Shown piece after piece: positions 27,436-40,540 of a stretch of 64,000 bases of DNA (the first letter of the stretch is position 1; each line of letters begins with the position of its first letter). Position numbers and translations under genes: made by a program. Below the pieces are notes generated by a model that was not told where the DNA came from, ran no database searches, and was given only the letters and a program-made list of their open reading frames with translations. Source of the DNA: Octopus sinensis. Its lineage: Eukaryota. The stretch lies in contig NC_042999.1 of assembly GCF_006345805.1 (NCBI RefSeq), positions 32,674,001 to 32,738,000 of the forward strand, in the 5' to 3' direction.

Positions 27436-28055
27436 TATACATACAGATATGCGTGTATGCATGAATTCATATTGGATGTGAAGTACGTGTTTTAAACAGA
27501 ATCCTTTTTAAAGACATTCATTTTCATCAATATTTTTTATATATTTTGCAAAGTTGAGTGCCACATGCTGATTCATCGAGAGAAATAATAAAAAAAAAAC
27601 AGGATATGTCCAATTAACTTCCCAGAAGATATTATTGCACCAGAAAAATTCAAGGAATGGACTGAAATGAATGTTTGTAAAAGGTCATGCATAAGTAAAT
27701 AATATGGCTGAAGGCTTACATTTATTGGATGAGGAACTTGAAAGCTTTGGTTTTCTAGCTGCGTAGCTAAAATGTAAATGTATGTAAGCATAATGGTTCG
27801 TAATGGGAATAAAAGCTGACAGGCGTAATACATATTGCCTGAATCAGCGCACAAGTAGTACAGCTAGCATATGTTGATAACCAAATCTGTAAAACGATAA
27901 TAGAATGCATCTCTAACAAAAGCAGTCAATGAATATAAGAATGTAATAACATGATTTACTTAGTTTTTCGAACATAGTCACGTTATTCATAGAATGCCGT
28001 CCGTTGTATCTTCTTGCTTTCGTGAACAATGGTTCATTATATCTGAAACCGCAAC

Positions 28056-28272
28056 GCAGTGAGCTGGCAGTATCGTAAGTACGCCGGGAAAGAATGCTGA
28101 GTGACATTTCGTCAGTCTTTTCTAATTTCAAATTCCTCCAAGGTCAACTTTGCTTTCCATTATTTCAAGGTTTATAAGATAAGGACCGGTTGTACAATAG
28201 GGTCAATGTCATTGACTCACCCCATTTTCCACAATTGCTGACCTTGTTCCAAAATGTAAAATTAATATTATT
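28056..28272 (+). mobile_element. Degenerate SINE (362-576 family)
   Basis: GAGCTGGCAG..TTCAAATTCC..GGTCAACTTTGC is collinear with the 15 kb copy. Confidence 0.65.
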
Positions 28273-28484
28273 GCTACTATTAGTTCATATACGCAAAACA
28301 GATTAGACGTTTGGAAAACACACCCAACATCCGGCTACTTAAATGCCAAGTAGCTTCTCTTGCCAGTCAAATAAGCATGCTACTTTACTTTTTTTGTTTA
28401 TTTTTTTTTCTTTTGGTTTCAACAATATTTAGCTTTTTGTTTTTGGATTCTCTGTATTCTTATTCTTCTTCTTGCGCCTCCACT

Positions 28485-28740
28485 AACAAATGCACCTTTT
28501 TTAAAGCCTAGCCAGGTTCATGGGCCCAGTTTCCCAGTTTCTATGACATATGTGTTCCCCAGCTGGACGGGACGCCAGTCCATCGCAGCGTTACTCATTT
28601 TTGCCAGCTGAGTCGACTGGAGCAACGTGAAATGAGGTGTTTCGCTCAAGAACACAACGCGTCGCTCGGTCTAGGAATCGAAACCACAATCTTGCGATCA
28701 TGGTGCTGACACCCTAACCACTAAGCCACGCGCCTCCACT
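28485..28740 (-). mobile_element. tRNA/CORE-type SINE (second family)
   Basis: Minus strand: GTGGAGGCGCGTGGCTTAGTGG (A box), GGTTTCGATTCC (B box), CORE-like GTGTTCTTGAGCGAAACAC, then CTGCGATGGACTGGCGTCCCGTCCAG. Confidence 0.85.
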
Positions 28741-29299
28741 TCTCTGTCTTCTACACTTGATAAAATATCCTCACTATTACCTACATAATAGGCTATATCT
28801 AATCTAGCTAACTCCACACAGTTTTCTACCTCTACCACCTTATTTCTAGGTACAAATATTATTGCTACTCCAAATCTTGGATGAAGTCCTCCATTCATCA
28901 GTCTAAATTTGCTAATTCTTATTATGTCCAGCCTACAAAAGCCGCTGAATATCTAAGTACCAGTACTACCAAAGTATTTACAACCTTCTCTAGATTCGAA
29001 CTGTTTACGTTTGAAGTCATTGACTTCCTCACATGTTTGATGTACATCTCAATTTTCGTTTCCTTTTCTATAGTTAGTAATCTGTCAGATTGTAATACTT
29101 CTCGATTCTTATAACTTTCTCCTTTTTCAGTGATTTTAATATCTGGCCATCTGGTAAGTGAATGCTTTCAATGCTGGCTACTTGTCTCTTTCTATGACTA
29201 ATATTTCGCACTTATCAATATCAAATTCCATACTATATCTTTGCTGAAGAAAGTTGCAGTTTCTATTAAGGAATGTATCTGTTCTCTTTATTCTGATAT

Positions 29300-29470
29300 A
29301 CTTAGCGGCATATCGTTCGCCGCTACGCTCTGAGTTCAGATTCTGCCGAGGTCGCCTTTGCTGTTCACTCTTTTGGGGTCGATGAAAAATATTTATCAGT
29401 CGAGTGCTGGTGTTGATGTAATTGACTACACCCTTTCCCTACTTTCTGGCCCTGTGACTATAGTAAAAGG
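29300..29470 (+). mobile_element. 5'-truncated SINE (362-576 family) ending in (ATT)n
   Basis: CTTAGCGGCAT..GAGTTCAGATTC..GGGGTCGATG..ATCAGT. Confidence 0.7.
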
Positions 29471-29534
29471 ATTATTATCATTATTATTATAGTCATCATC
29501 ATCATCATCATCATCCTCATCATCATCATCATCA

Positions 29535-29595
<61 letters not shown>

Positions 29596-29610
29596 CATCA
29601 TCATCATTGA

Positions 29611-31276
29611 TTTTGCACAGCTTCTAACAGTGGAGAAGAATTACAGTGTCAGCTGTTGACTACCAGTGAACTAAGGTAACACCTCTTATTTTTCGAGCAC
29701 CTTCCGGAGTATTCGAGCGGTTCCAAAGTGCTGTTTACTGCAATTGCTCTACTCTTATTGCAGTCCCTATTTGTTCCACGTTCTTCTCGTGCTTTTTGCT
29801 CACTGTTCCCAAAGCTCCGACAATTATTGGTGCTACTGCTACCTTTTCCATTGACCACAACTGCTTAATTTCCCAAGCTAACCTGTCATCTCTCTCGACT
29901 TTTCTCTCTTCCTTATCGCATACCTTGTTGTTAGCTGGGCATCCTATATCCATGATCCAGCATAGTTTGCTTTCTTTTTCAATTAAGACTATCCGGCTTG
30001 CTATTCTATATCTCAGGATCGCACTGAATCATAAAATCCCACAGGATCTTTGCATTTCCATTTGGACGATGCCTTCAGGTTTGTGGTCGTACTGATTTTT
30101 TGCTCTGTCAAGTCCATACTTATTGCAATGTCTCCAATGGACAAGCCAGGGAATGGGAACTGCTAAGAAATTTATAGCTAACACCTTGTTACGTGCATTT
30201 AACTCAGATTTTAGGACTGCTCGAATTCACCCGTAACATGCTTTCTTCATCTCTTTCATGCTTGTATGCTGAACGCTAGAACCCTAATTTATTCCGAGGT
30301 ATTTGTGAGTTTCTTCTTGCTCAATTTCTTCTCTAACTGTGTCAACATCTAACACCAGTGAACATGAGGTCTTCATTTCCCTTTCTGGAAAGTGGCCTTG
30401 GCTCGTTTATCAAATTCCATCTCGATGTCATCACTAAATGCTTGCACAGTATGTAACAGTTCTTGAAGCTTATTATCCCCTTTGCCATAGAGGTTTAAGC
30501 CATTGATTTAAAAAACATGGCTCACTTTCTTGTCGCCAATATAATAACCATACCCTGGTCTGTTGAGTTCACTTGTAAGTGGTATTGGAACAATGCAAAA
30601 ATTAGAGGTGAAAGTGTGTCACTTTGCAAAATGCCAGAGTTGATATTGATGTTGTTCGTATTCAGTTCCCCATTAGAGTGTTATAACTGGAGATTGGTAT
30701 TTCACACTGACATGTGGTTCAGGAATATTACAGAAACAGTGTCATATGTTGGTATTTATACATCGATTAGAAAGTATTTTTTCGTGGTGATTTTTGACAA
30801 CTTTATCCAGCCTATTGGTCTTAATTTCTCTATTTGTGTGTATTTATGTATCCCATAGTATGGTAACTTTCTCATTTTCTCTGACTCTTTCTGGCGTGTG
30901 CATATACCATTTTTTTTTCTGTTGTTATACCATCGTGATGGCATAGCTTCTAGTGCATATAGGATTGGGCAACCAGAGGCAATATGTTATATTGTTTCTT
31001 CTCCATCTCCTCATACTCTGCAATATCTTTTAATTACATGTTTTTGTTAATTTCTAGTGGGAAGGCTTTGATCTTGTGCTGCAATTAAAAATCCTTCAAT
31101 CTCTGCTTTCAGCTCTGAGTTTTACAGCCACGGTTGGGATTTTCCTTTGTGTATTTCTTTTCTGTTTATATGCCTAGGCGCTGAAAACATTAAAACCAAG
31201 TAATTACCATGAAGAGGTTTCTCTCGCCATCGTTTTATCATGATCCATTGATGTTCTAGTTTTAGTTAGGATTTCA

Positions 31277-31277
<1 letters not shown>
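29611..31277 (-). mobile_element. Mosaic of degraded Dong-type LINE fragments: family B 3' end, family C RT piece, family A CCHC/RLE piece
   Basis: 29611-30130 resembles 11491-12000; 30200-30740 resembles the reverse complement of 38050-38530; 30745-31277 resembles 3640-4190. Bounded by (ATT)/(ATC)/(GTA) arrays. Confidence 0.75.
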
Positions 31278-31311
<34 letters not shown>

Positions 31312-31340
31312 GTAGTAGTAGTAGTAGTAGTAGTAGTAGC

Positions 31341-31372
<32 letters not shown>

Positions 31373-31373
31373 C

Positions 31374-31422
<49 letters not shown>

Positions 31423-31675
31423 CATTTATCCCACCACGTTTAGTTCTCATGTGTGTGTATGTGTGTGGATGTATATATTTATATGTATGTATATATGTAT
31501 ATATAAATATGTATATATATATGTATATATACATACATACATATATATGTATATATATAAAAATTGAAAGTGAAAGATATTTCTAAAAGAAGAATATGAG
31601 ATTTAATTTCGTATGTGTATGTCTGTGAGTGTGTGTGTGTGTGTGTATGTGTGTGTGAGTGTGTGTGTGTGTGTA

Positions 31676-31734
<59 letters not shown>

Positions 31735-32619
31735 TCATATGTGAGTCTTTATCAATACATGTATGTATATCGAAATGTTTACATCTCTGAAATCTCGAAA
31801 ACTTCATTGTTCATATTCCTTTTAACAATCATATACAAAATATTAGAAAACCCGTTTCCCCCAAATAATGTCCAGTTTTATATAGTTCTAGAAATATTCC
31901 TTTACATTCCTAAACGCTAAAATAAATTGATAATTTTATGCTTTCATTATTCTTTCAATGCTGTTTTCAAGCAATATTGTTACAATATATTTTTTTCAAA
32001 TTTCTCACAGCATAAGAATTATGTTTAGTGATTATTTTTTACTTGATTCTCACAAATCAATACTCTAAGTAATCATGACAAAGATTAAGCTAATATTGTA
32101 TACCTATACGATGTCTCAGCAATCGATCGGATGGTGGAGTAAAAGTTACACTTGAAATGTAATTAGCAACCGGTTTTCAGGAAAATTAACACCTTCGTTA
32201 CTTTGTGCCCGTCAATTAGCTTAACGAAATTAGATTGAAGGTAAAAATCACTTAATGCCTTACTTAATGAAATATATTCTTGCTTTTCCAATTATGTCTA
32301 TTTCCCCAAAGTTCTAATTCACTATATCTACTGTAATCTACTAATTGAATATTGAGGAAAACCTATGCTCCGTTTTATTAAATTGTCCTACGTTTGTTTT
32401 TAAATCATTTCCACGAACGTAGCACCCCCACACCCTCGCACACGCATATATCGAATTTCATTGTTTAATACGGTATAGTAGTTCGAATGTTTTTTTATTC
32501 TTTATTATTACTCTCATGTATCCAGTTCTATGCATTGCATATTTGTTCATAGATTCCTTGTGAAGTTTCTTTATTAATTTGCTCGTTAATTTTGCTCTTC
32601 TCCAATGTTTTATTGACTC

Positions 32620-32830
32620 AAGTAATTTATAACTTAGCTTCTCTCTCAATATTGAATGCACCCTTTCGCTGGTGATGCAATTTATTTCCATCGATGCAGT
32701 GTGCCATATCACAGAGTGATTACCTTGTATCACTTGATCTGACGCTAATTATCTTCCATTGTGGACGTAGAGATTTACATCGATCCTCTGTATCTTTGAC
32801 TATGGTCCCCATTTTAAATAAATAGACATA
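32620..32830 (-). mobile_element. Mariner transposase N-terminal relic
   Basis: IQGN..V....IAS....SERVHSILREKLSY resembles the second mariner HTH; heavily degraded. Confidence 0.5.
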
Positions 32831-33601
32831 CCCATGAATGACTTTCAACGCTAGTTATCCAGCTGAATCTTTTGACAACAATTGCTTGAAAATACAAAGG
32901 GAAGCGTAAACTTATCAATGTACTAGCGTGTAGGAATGTAAGAGAATATTTGTAACACAAGATAAATATGTTCGGGAACAATGATGAGAAAACGTCAATG
33001 GCTACCTCATTTTAAACTCAACTGATTGCATTACTCTGTATGTGACCGTTCCTGTGACAAAGGAAAGAAGTATGCATCATATATTTCAAATTATAACATT
33101 TTGTAATCTCTGGTTTTCGGAAAACTGGCGAACAGTAAATTGTATGTGAATTAAACATGGATAAAATGCATGTATGGAAATCACTTAAAGAAAATATAGA
33201 CTAGATATTTCGGTGACTACGTTGTCAGTCGCTGCCGAACTAATTTACTTCCAAGATTGACCTCACTATATAAAGACAACTGTTGATTAATGTATAAAGG
33301 TCAAAATCGGTAAAGAACAAATGGACGTCAAGCAAACAATATATTTGTCATTGAATAATGGCGTAATATTCGAAATCATTCCTCTCCTAAGGGACATAGA
33401 TAATTCGGCGCTTAAAGTACATACAATTTTTACAAATATACGAATGAACAATGCCTTGCACAGATTCATTTTCCTTTATATAAGAAATTTATCACATTCT
33501 GAGAATATACAAAAATTAAATATTTTCTGCTGCGATAGTATTTCAAGAAGGAAGCGTTTGCAATCGTATAATATATATATATTAGCATATACATACGTAT
33601 A

Positions 33602-33709
<108 letters not shown>

Positions 33710-33767
33710 AAAATATATAAATATATGAAAGAATGGAGTTGAACGACGAATTAACAAAATTCCTTTA

Positions 33768-33850
33768 TTTTCGACATATGTTTCGAAGGCTGCATATTCC
33801 TAATTGCAAAGGAATGAGAAGTACATTATGCCGCTTTCTCATCAGGAAAA
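33768..33850 (-). ncRNA. Type I hammerhead ribozyme motif (left arm)
   Basis: UUUUC-CUGAUGA-extended stem II-GAAA-CAUAUG-UC-GAAAA; intact consensus core. Confidence 0.72.
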
Positions 33851-34007
33851 GCAAGGAACTTATGTCAACATCAAAATGCACAAAAAACTTTTAGATGATT
33901 GCTCACACAGAGCCTATAGCTCGAAGATGGATAGAGAGAAATGGGCTCTGTGTGAGCAATCATCTAAAAGTGTTTTGTGCATTTTGATGTTGACATAAGT
34001 TCCTTGC

Positions 34008-34090
34008 TTTTCCTGATGAGAAAGCGGCATAATGTACTCCTTATTCCTTCGCAATTAGGAATATGCAGCCTTCGAAACATATGTCGAAAA
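34008..34090 (+). ncRNA. Type I hammerhead ribozyme motif (right arm)
   Basis: Stem I TTTTC/GAAAA; CTGATGA at 34013-19; stem II GAAAGCGGCATA/TATGCAGCCTTC (10 of 12 pairs); GAAA at 34074-77; palindromic stem III ACATATGT; GUC cleavage triplet ending at 34085. Confidence 0.75.
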
Positions 34091-34308
34091 TAAAGGAATG
34101 TTGTTAATTCGTCGTTCAGCTCCATTCTTTCATATATTTATATATTTTTAAAATAAACATACAAATTTCCACACGAAAGCACGTAATCTATGCCCTAGGC
34201 ACGTAACTTCAACCGTGTTTTTCCTGATGTGAATTTGCTACCCAGGTATCGGTTAATTCGAATTATCCTTAATAAGATAATTCATTCAACTACTCAAATA
34301 TATATATA

Positions 34309-34357
<49 letters not shown>

Positions 34358-35636
34358 AACATAGTAAAAAGGGGATAAAATAAATTATTATTGCCGGTGA
34401 TCTAGCACAAAAGACATTTTAGCCATTAGGCTATATGTTTTAGCCATTACTTATATATAAATGTATGTATGTATGTATTATGTATATGTATAAAATGTTG
34501 GGTATGATGTGCAGAATTGAAGAATGAGAAAAAGGGTCGTCAGAATGTTTGGAAAAAATCATTTTATTTCTTCATTTGTATTAACGCTTTCGTTCCTCTC
34601 TCAACAGAGGGCCTTTTGGGTTTTGCTTAGACGAGAAGATTGGTTTTGCTTTTTGGGGGTGAGGTTCTAAGAAAATGGAGATGGATAAAGAGAAATATAG
34701 GTAGGTAGATAGGCTGAGAGATCGGTAGATGTAAGACAGAGAGAGAAGGTATATCAACCTTCCCATTCACCATTCATTCATTTATTTAATTATTTTTCCA
34801 TTTACCATTGTATTGGAATTGTTTTAAGGATGGTGACCACTTAAAAAACAGGTGTAGTTTGGTCATCACTGAAAGTCTTTTTGCTTTCTTTCTATTCCTT
34901 TTCTTTTTTCTCCCTTTCTTCTTTTTTCATTTCTCTTTTTCCTTTCCTTCTGTTCTTCTTTCCTTTTTTTTCTTTCTGTTACCTCTTTTCTTATTCTCCT
35001 CTTTGAATATATCCCTTCTAAACATTCATTTTTGGAGGGAATCTGTTGATAAAGTGTAGTATATATATATATATATATATATATATTGTATGTTTTCGGG
35101 GACAGTTCTCATCCTGGACCAGCCTTCCCTACACTTTCGTCTAGGAGTCTATCTGGTTAATCTACAACCATGATACACCAGATGTTCACGCCCGGTGGAA
35201 CACCTTATGTCCTTGGACGGGCAATTATTCTTGAGAGTTACGTCGGATAGATGACACACTCCTCACTCCAACGGGTTGTCACTGAATGTTTTCGCTTAAG
35301 GTCCTCACATTTGAGGAGAACCTCGATGATAGTAAACCCTCTTCTTCTACGTGTGGGCCACGTATTCCATAATGTCTTTCATTGCCTTCTCCATCTGATC
35401 GATTGTCAGGTTTTCACTCTTTAGCTCTTTCGTGAGACACATCTATAATAATCTGCGCTTCCGTGATTTTTGGAGGAACAAGTGTTGCTGCCTTTCTCCA
35501 CCCAGATTTAATAATGTTTTATTGAGCCAGTTCCTTATTTTCCATCCAGGGTAAGCAGAAATATTTCTTTCTTTTGCGATAGCCACGTTGTTATTTTTCT
35601 TGGCGTCGTTAAGTTTTGGCGGTTAAATTGATGTTC

Positions 35637-35701
<65 letters not shown>

Positions 35702-35889
35702 GGTGGTAGTGTCGTTGCATTTTCTTTCTATTTATACGCCCACTGCATTGTTTTTATTGTTCACTATGGCGTTCTTTTTATTTCAATGCTATTTGTTGTG
35801 GATGTAGTGGATGTGATGTTTCTTTTCTTGGGGGGGGGGGGGTTAGCGATGGAACTTTCTTCCTTGTATCCCAATATTGCTAAGATGAA

Positions 35890-37560
35890 GGGGTAGAAGC
35901 ATGCATGGATGCCTTCGACACGCGGCTAAAGAAAATTATTCCATCAAATTGTCTCAGTAGATTATTGAGATTTGTGTTACAAAGTAACACAATGAAGTTT
36001 GGACAAAGATTTTAACAGGAGACGAGGGGTTCCACCACGGGTACTCGTATGGCAGTTAATTTCGCTAATGTTTTCATGACGAAATTCGAGACAGAGCAAC
36101 TGAAGACATTCAAATCCCTTTATGGTCATGAACCAATACTCTGATTCATTGATGACATTGTTTTTGTGTGGGAATGATCCTAGGATTGTTTAATTGAATT
36201 CTTGTATTTCGGTGACTAAAATTTACATCTAACTTTTCAAAAACTAGCGTTGAATATTTGGACACAAAAGTTAAGTTTTCTGGAGACAAAATAGTGACAG
36301 AGTTATTTTGCAAGCCCACCTCCTCCCACATTTATCTCCACCACCGTTCCGGTCATCCACATAATATTATTCAGTGAAATCCGAAATCCCAATTCTTGAT
36401 GATAAAAGGGATTTGTACTGACATAGGGGATTACTGGCAACATACAAATGCTTTTATACATCATTGTGTCAAACGCAGTTATGCTGAATCAGGAAATACC
36501 AAATGAAATAGCTATGATTAGCAAAAATAGTCAAACCGTCACGCATAAATTTAGCAAGCACAATAAAATAGATGACAGAATTCCTTTAGTGATTAACTGG
36601 CACCGACATTTCGCTGGCATTTCAAAATTATTGCATGAAAGTTACCAGCATGTGGCGAAAAAATATCCTCGTACCAAACACATATTTCCTGAGTCACCTA
36701 TTGTCGTCTTTAGACGGAATAAGAATATAGGAGAATTATTGACCTCTTTTTTTCTGTCAATAAGGAAACGAGCATTGGAAGATCTGCACGCTGTACCTTG
36801 AAAAACATCCGCAAGAGAGGTAAGGCGTGTTCATTGTGCAATGACATGAGTTAAGTAGATTTCGTCAGGAATCATAACAGAAATGTTTTGATTTTACAGA
36901 AGTTGTACGCTGCAGGATGCACGAAACACAACTTGATTTATGTAGGTTGTATAACACAACAATTAAACAAATGATTTAATGCGCACAGATATGACGTCAG
37001 ACACAATAACAGGAGTTCGGCATAACTTGCCGAACATTTTGCTTCAAATGACTGCAATTTCTAAAAAGACTTGAAAGTGCATATTTTCAGAAAATATTCT
37101 GAATCTGCATCACTTTCACTTCTCAAAATGCATGAGGAAAAATATGTTTGTGTGTTATTAACATCACGCCCTGGAGGAATTAATAAAATGACAGGTGAAT
37201 ATCATGAAATTCATACAAAACTGTTTAAATATTTTTCTTCTTTTCACTTTTTGTTTCCTCTTTCTCACCGTCATTTTTTCTCTCTTTTTTCTGCCTTTTT
37301 CTATTCGCCTGTTATAAAATTGTTATTTAAATACTGATGATGTCATTCCATCAACGTGTTGACGCTGGTTGTTCTCATTCATACTTTAAATTAAAATTTC
37401 TATAAATTTGAATTTTTATCACTCCCTATTTTGAACTGGACAAAGACAGGCTTACTGCCGTAATATCGGTCAACCAATAAAATATCGAGTACAATCGAAT
37501 CGCGCTCATCGTCTTGACTGTTTCCTTTTGTGAAGAGTTACGTCAATCCTTTTAAAATAT
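35890..37560 (+). mobile_element. Penelope-like element relic (RT + GIY-YIG + 3' pLTR)
   Basis: RT: GTRMAVNFANVFM..FIDDIVFVW. Linker: FPESPIVVFRRNKNIGELL. GIY-YIG: NLIYVG..LNK*FNAHRYD..LAEHF..EEKYVCVLLTSRPGGINK. Many stops. Confidence 0.82.
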
Positions 37561-37564
37561 AATG

Positions 37565-37619
<55 letters not shown>

Positions 37620-37622
<3 letters not shown>

Positions 37623-39990
37623 GGTAAGCTAGTTCAGCTGCTCAATGGAATTATGAGAGACCCAAAGAAAACACCTGAATGGTTAGCAAGTGGCATTACT
37701 TACCTACTCCCAAAGAATAACGAAACCAACCTTCCAAAAAACTATCGGCCTATAACCTGTCTATCCACCACGTATAAAATCCTAACATCTATCCTGGCGG
37801 AGAAAACATATGCATTCATGGAGAAGAACGATATTTTCCCCATTGAACAAAAAGGGTGCCGCCGAGGCTCTTACGGATGCAAAGATCAACTGCTAATCAA
37901 TCGTATGATCATTGAGAACTGTCACAACAAGCGCAGAAATCTCAGCACCGCATGGATTGACTACAAAAAGGCCTTCGACAGTATACCGCATCCATGGATC
38001 TTGAGATCGCTGGACATCTTCAAAATTTCCCCTGTGATTTCAAACTTCCTGAAGCACAATATGTCGTTGTGGAATACGAATCTCCAATTATACCACTCTA
38101 ATGGAGTACTTGCCTCAGAAAATATAAACATCAACTGTGGAATTTTTCAAGGTGACTCACTTTCACCTTTAATATTCTGCATAGCCCTAATACCCCTTAC
38201 AAGTGAATTAAACAGAACAGGGTATGGGTATAAAATTGCCAATAAAAAAATAAGCCATCTATTTTATATGGATGACTTAAAACTTTATGGTAAAGACAAT
38301 AATGAACTTGAAGGCCTATTGCGCACCGTGAAAGCATTCAGCGATGACATCGGGATGGAGTTTGGACTTGAGAAGTGTGCCAAGGCCACTTTCAGAAAGG
38401 GAAAGTGAAGACCACAAATTCAGTCGTGTTAGATGTTGACACAGTCATAAGAGAGCTTGAGCAAGAACAAACATACAAATATTTAGGGATAAATGAAGGC
38501 TCTGGTATTCAGCATGCAAGCATGAAAGAGAAAATCAGGAAGGAATGTTATAGGAGAGTTCGTGCAGTCCTGAAATCTGAACTAAATGCACGTAACAAGG
38601 TGTTAGCTATAAATTCCTTAGCAGTTCCAGTTGTTACTTATAGCTACAATGTGTTGAACTGGAATATGAGTGAAGTAAAGAATATAGATAGAAAAATACG
38701 CAAGCTGCTGAGTTGTAATAGGATGCACCACTTAAAGGCAGATGTAGATCACCTTTACCTTCCCAGAGCCCAAGGAGGTCGAGGCCTGATCCAATTTGAA
38801 CTAGCTTACAAAACAACCACAATTGGACTGGCCAAATATCTCGAAATATCGAATGACTGGATGCTAAAGCTCGTGGAAAATCACGAGAGACGAAAGAAGC
38901 TTCATTCTATCATAAAGGAAAGCAAAAAATTTGCTATTGATCTCGTGCAGGATACCCAAACTGAACAACCCGAGGGAAGTACGGCAACTACTGTTGCAAA
39001 GAAGGTGAAAATGATGGCAATGAAAAAAGCGCACGAGCAATTGGCTGATAGGTGGGAGGAGAAACCTCTGCACGGCAAATATGTGACCCGCAGCAAACAA
39101 GCTGATGTTGACCAGAAGCAAACCCATCAGTGGCTACGGAGCTCAGGGCTAAAAGCAGAGAGCGAAGGTTTCATCCTGGCTGCTCAAGATCAAAGCCTAT
39201 TAACCCGGAATTACCAGGCCAATGTGATGAAAAATGGAGCAGACCCAAAATGCCGATTCTGCAACGACATGATTGAAACAGTGGACCACCTAATCTCTGG
39301 ATGTAAAGTCTTAGCACCAGTGGAGTATAAATTGAGACATGACAGAGTTGGCCAATATCTCCACTGGCTAATAAGTCGGCATTACAATATCAAAACTGCC
39401 GACAAGTGGTATAATTACCACCCTGAGGCTGTAACTGAAGGAGAAAATGTAACCATTCTGTGGGACTTTCCAGTACATACAGACCGAACCATCAAGGCCA
39501 ATAAACCAGATATTGTTGTGAAAGACCAAAACAATAAAGTTTGCTTATTGATCGACATGAGCATCCCCTGTGATCATAATATCTCAGCGAAAGAGTTTGA
39601 CAAGCTCAGAAAATATAAAGACCTACTCATTGAAATTGAGAAAATGTGGCATCTCAAGGCGGTTACAATACCAGTGATCGTAGGAGCACTAGGAATGATC
39701 AAGAATGGAATCGAAAATTATATGAGAATGATCCCTGGCTTACCATCCCTGCAAGAAGTGCAAAAGATTGTCTGGTACATCACACGTATTGAGAAGAGCA
39801 TTGTTGATGTGAGAACTGTTGCTGCTCATGTACTTTAATTTAACTTAAAAAAAAATTTTTTTAAATGAACAAACTACTGAGTTTGGTTTAATGGCCTACC
39901 AATGTATACTATGAGTTTCTTTGCCCTAGGAGTCGGGAAGACACTCGACAAGAAATGGAAGCAATTTTGAAAGAAGAAAAAAAAAAGTAA
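37620..39990 (+). mobile_element. 5'-truncated R4/Dong-type LINE, family C
   Basis: ORFs 37653-38408 (RT: WIDYKKAFDS, YMDDLKLY) and 38375-39838 (CRFCNDMIETVDHLISGC, KPDIVV..DMSIP) are joined by one frameshift, with a second near the C-terminus. Flanked by (AAT)n and (TAA)/(GAA)n. Confidence 0.9.
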
Positions 39991-40077
39991 TAATAATAAT
40001 AAAACGAAGAAGAAGAAGCAGAAGAAGAAAAAGAAGAAGACGAAGAAGAAGAAAAAGAAGAAGAAGAAGAAGAAGAA

Positions 40078-40124
<47 letters not shown>

Positions 40125-40141
40125 AGAAGAAGAAGAAGAAG

Positions 40142-40173
<32 letters not shown>

Positions 40174-40190
40174 GAAGAAGAAGAAGAAGA
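39990..40190. repeat. (GAA)n microsatellite
   Basis: Seen directly. Confidence 0.95.
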
Positions 40191-40354
40191 AAATCTGCAC
40201 TTTTGTGGTGGGGTACACTAGGCACATGTCGATTATATCGACTGCAGTACTCGGACGAAATGCAGCAAAACATTTCGACCAGCGTGCAAACGTTTCTAGC
40301 AGCAACAGCAACAACAATACTACTACTACTACTACTAATAATAATAATGATGAT

Positions 40355-40540
40355 AATAATACCCTACAATCTAGGTTATTGCAAAAATCGGCATTACTTG
40401 GAACAGCACGCATATTTCGTAAAGTACTGTTTATCTGAGGTCCTTGTGTCTAAACAGACATTACAAACACCGAGTAGATAGAATATCTTGAATCAACAGC
40501 ATCACGATATTGGATACTCCGCCACGTCTTAAACATATGT
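40355..40540 (+). mobile_element. Extreme 3' stub of an RLE LINE
   Basis: LQKSALLGTARIFRKVLFI* is the typical RLE-clade C-terminus; preceded by (AAT)/(TAC)n. Confidence 0.7.

Noticed and set aside
362-29470. A-box/B-box tRNA-like sequences
   Set aside because: They continue into SINE bodies and lack full cloverleaves, so they are SINE heads rather than tRNA genes.
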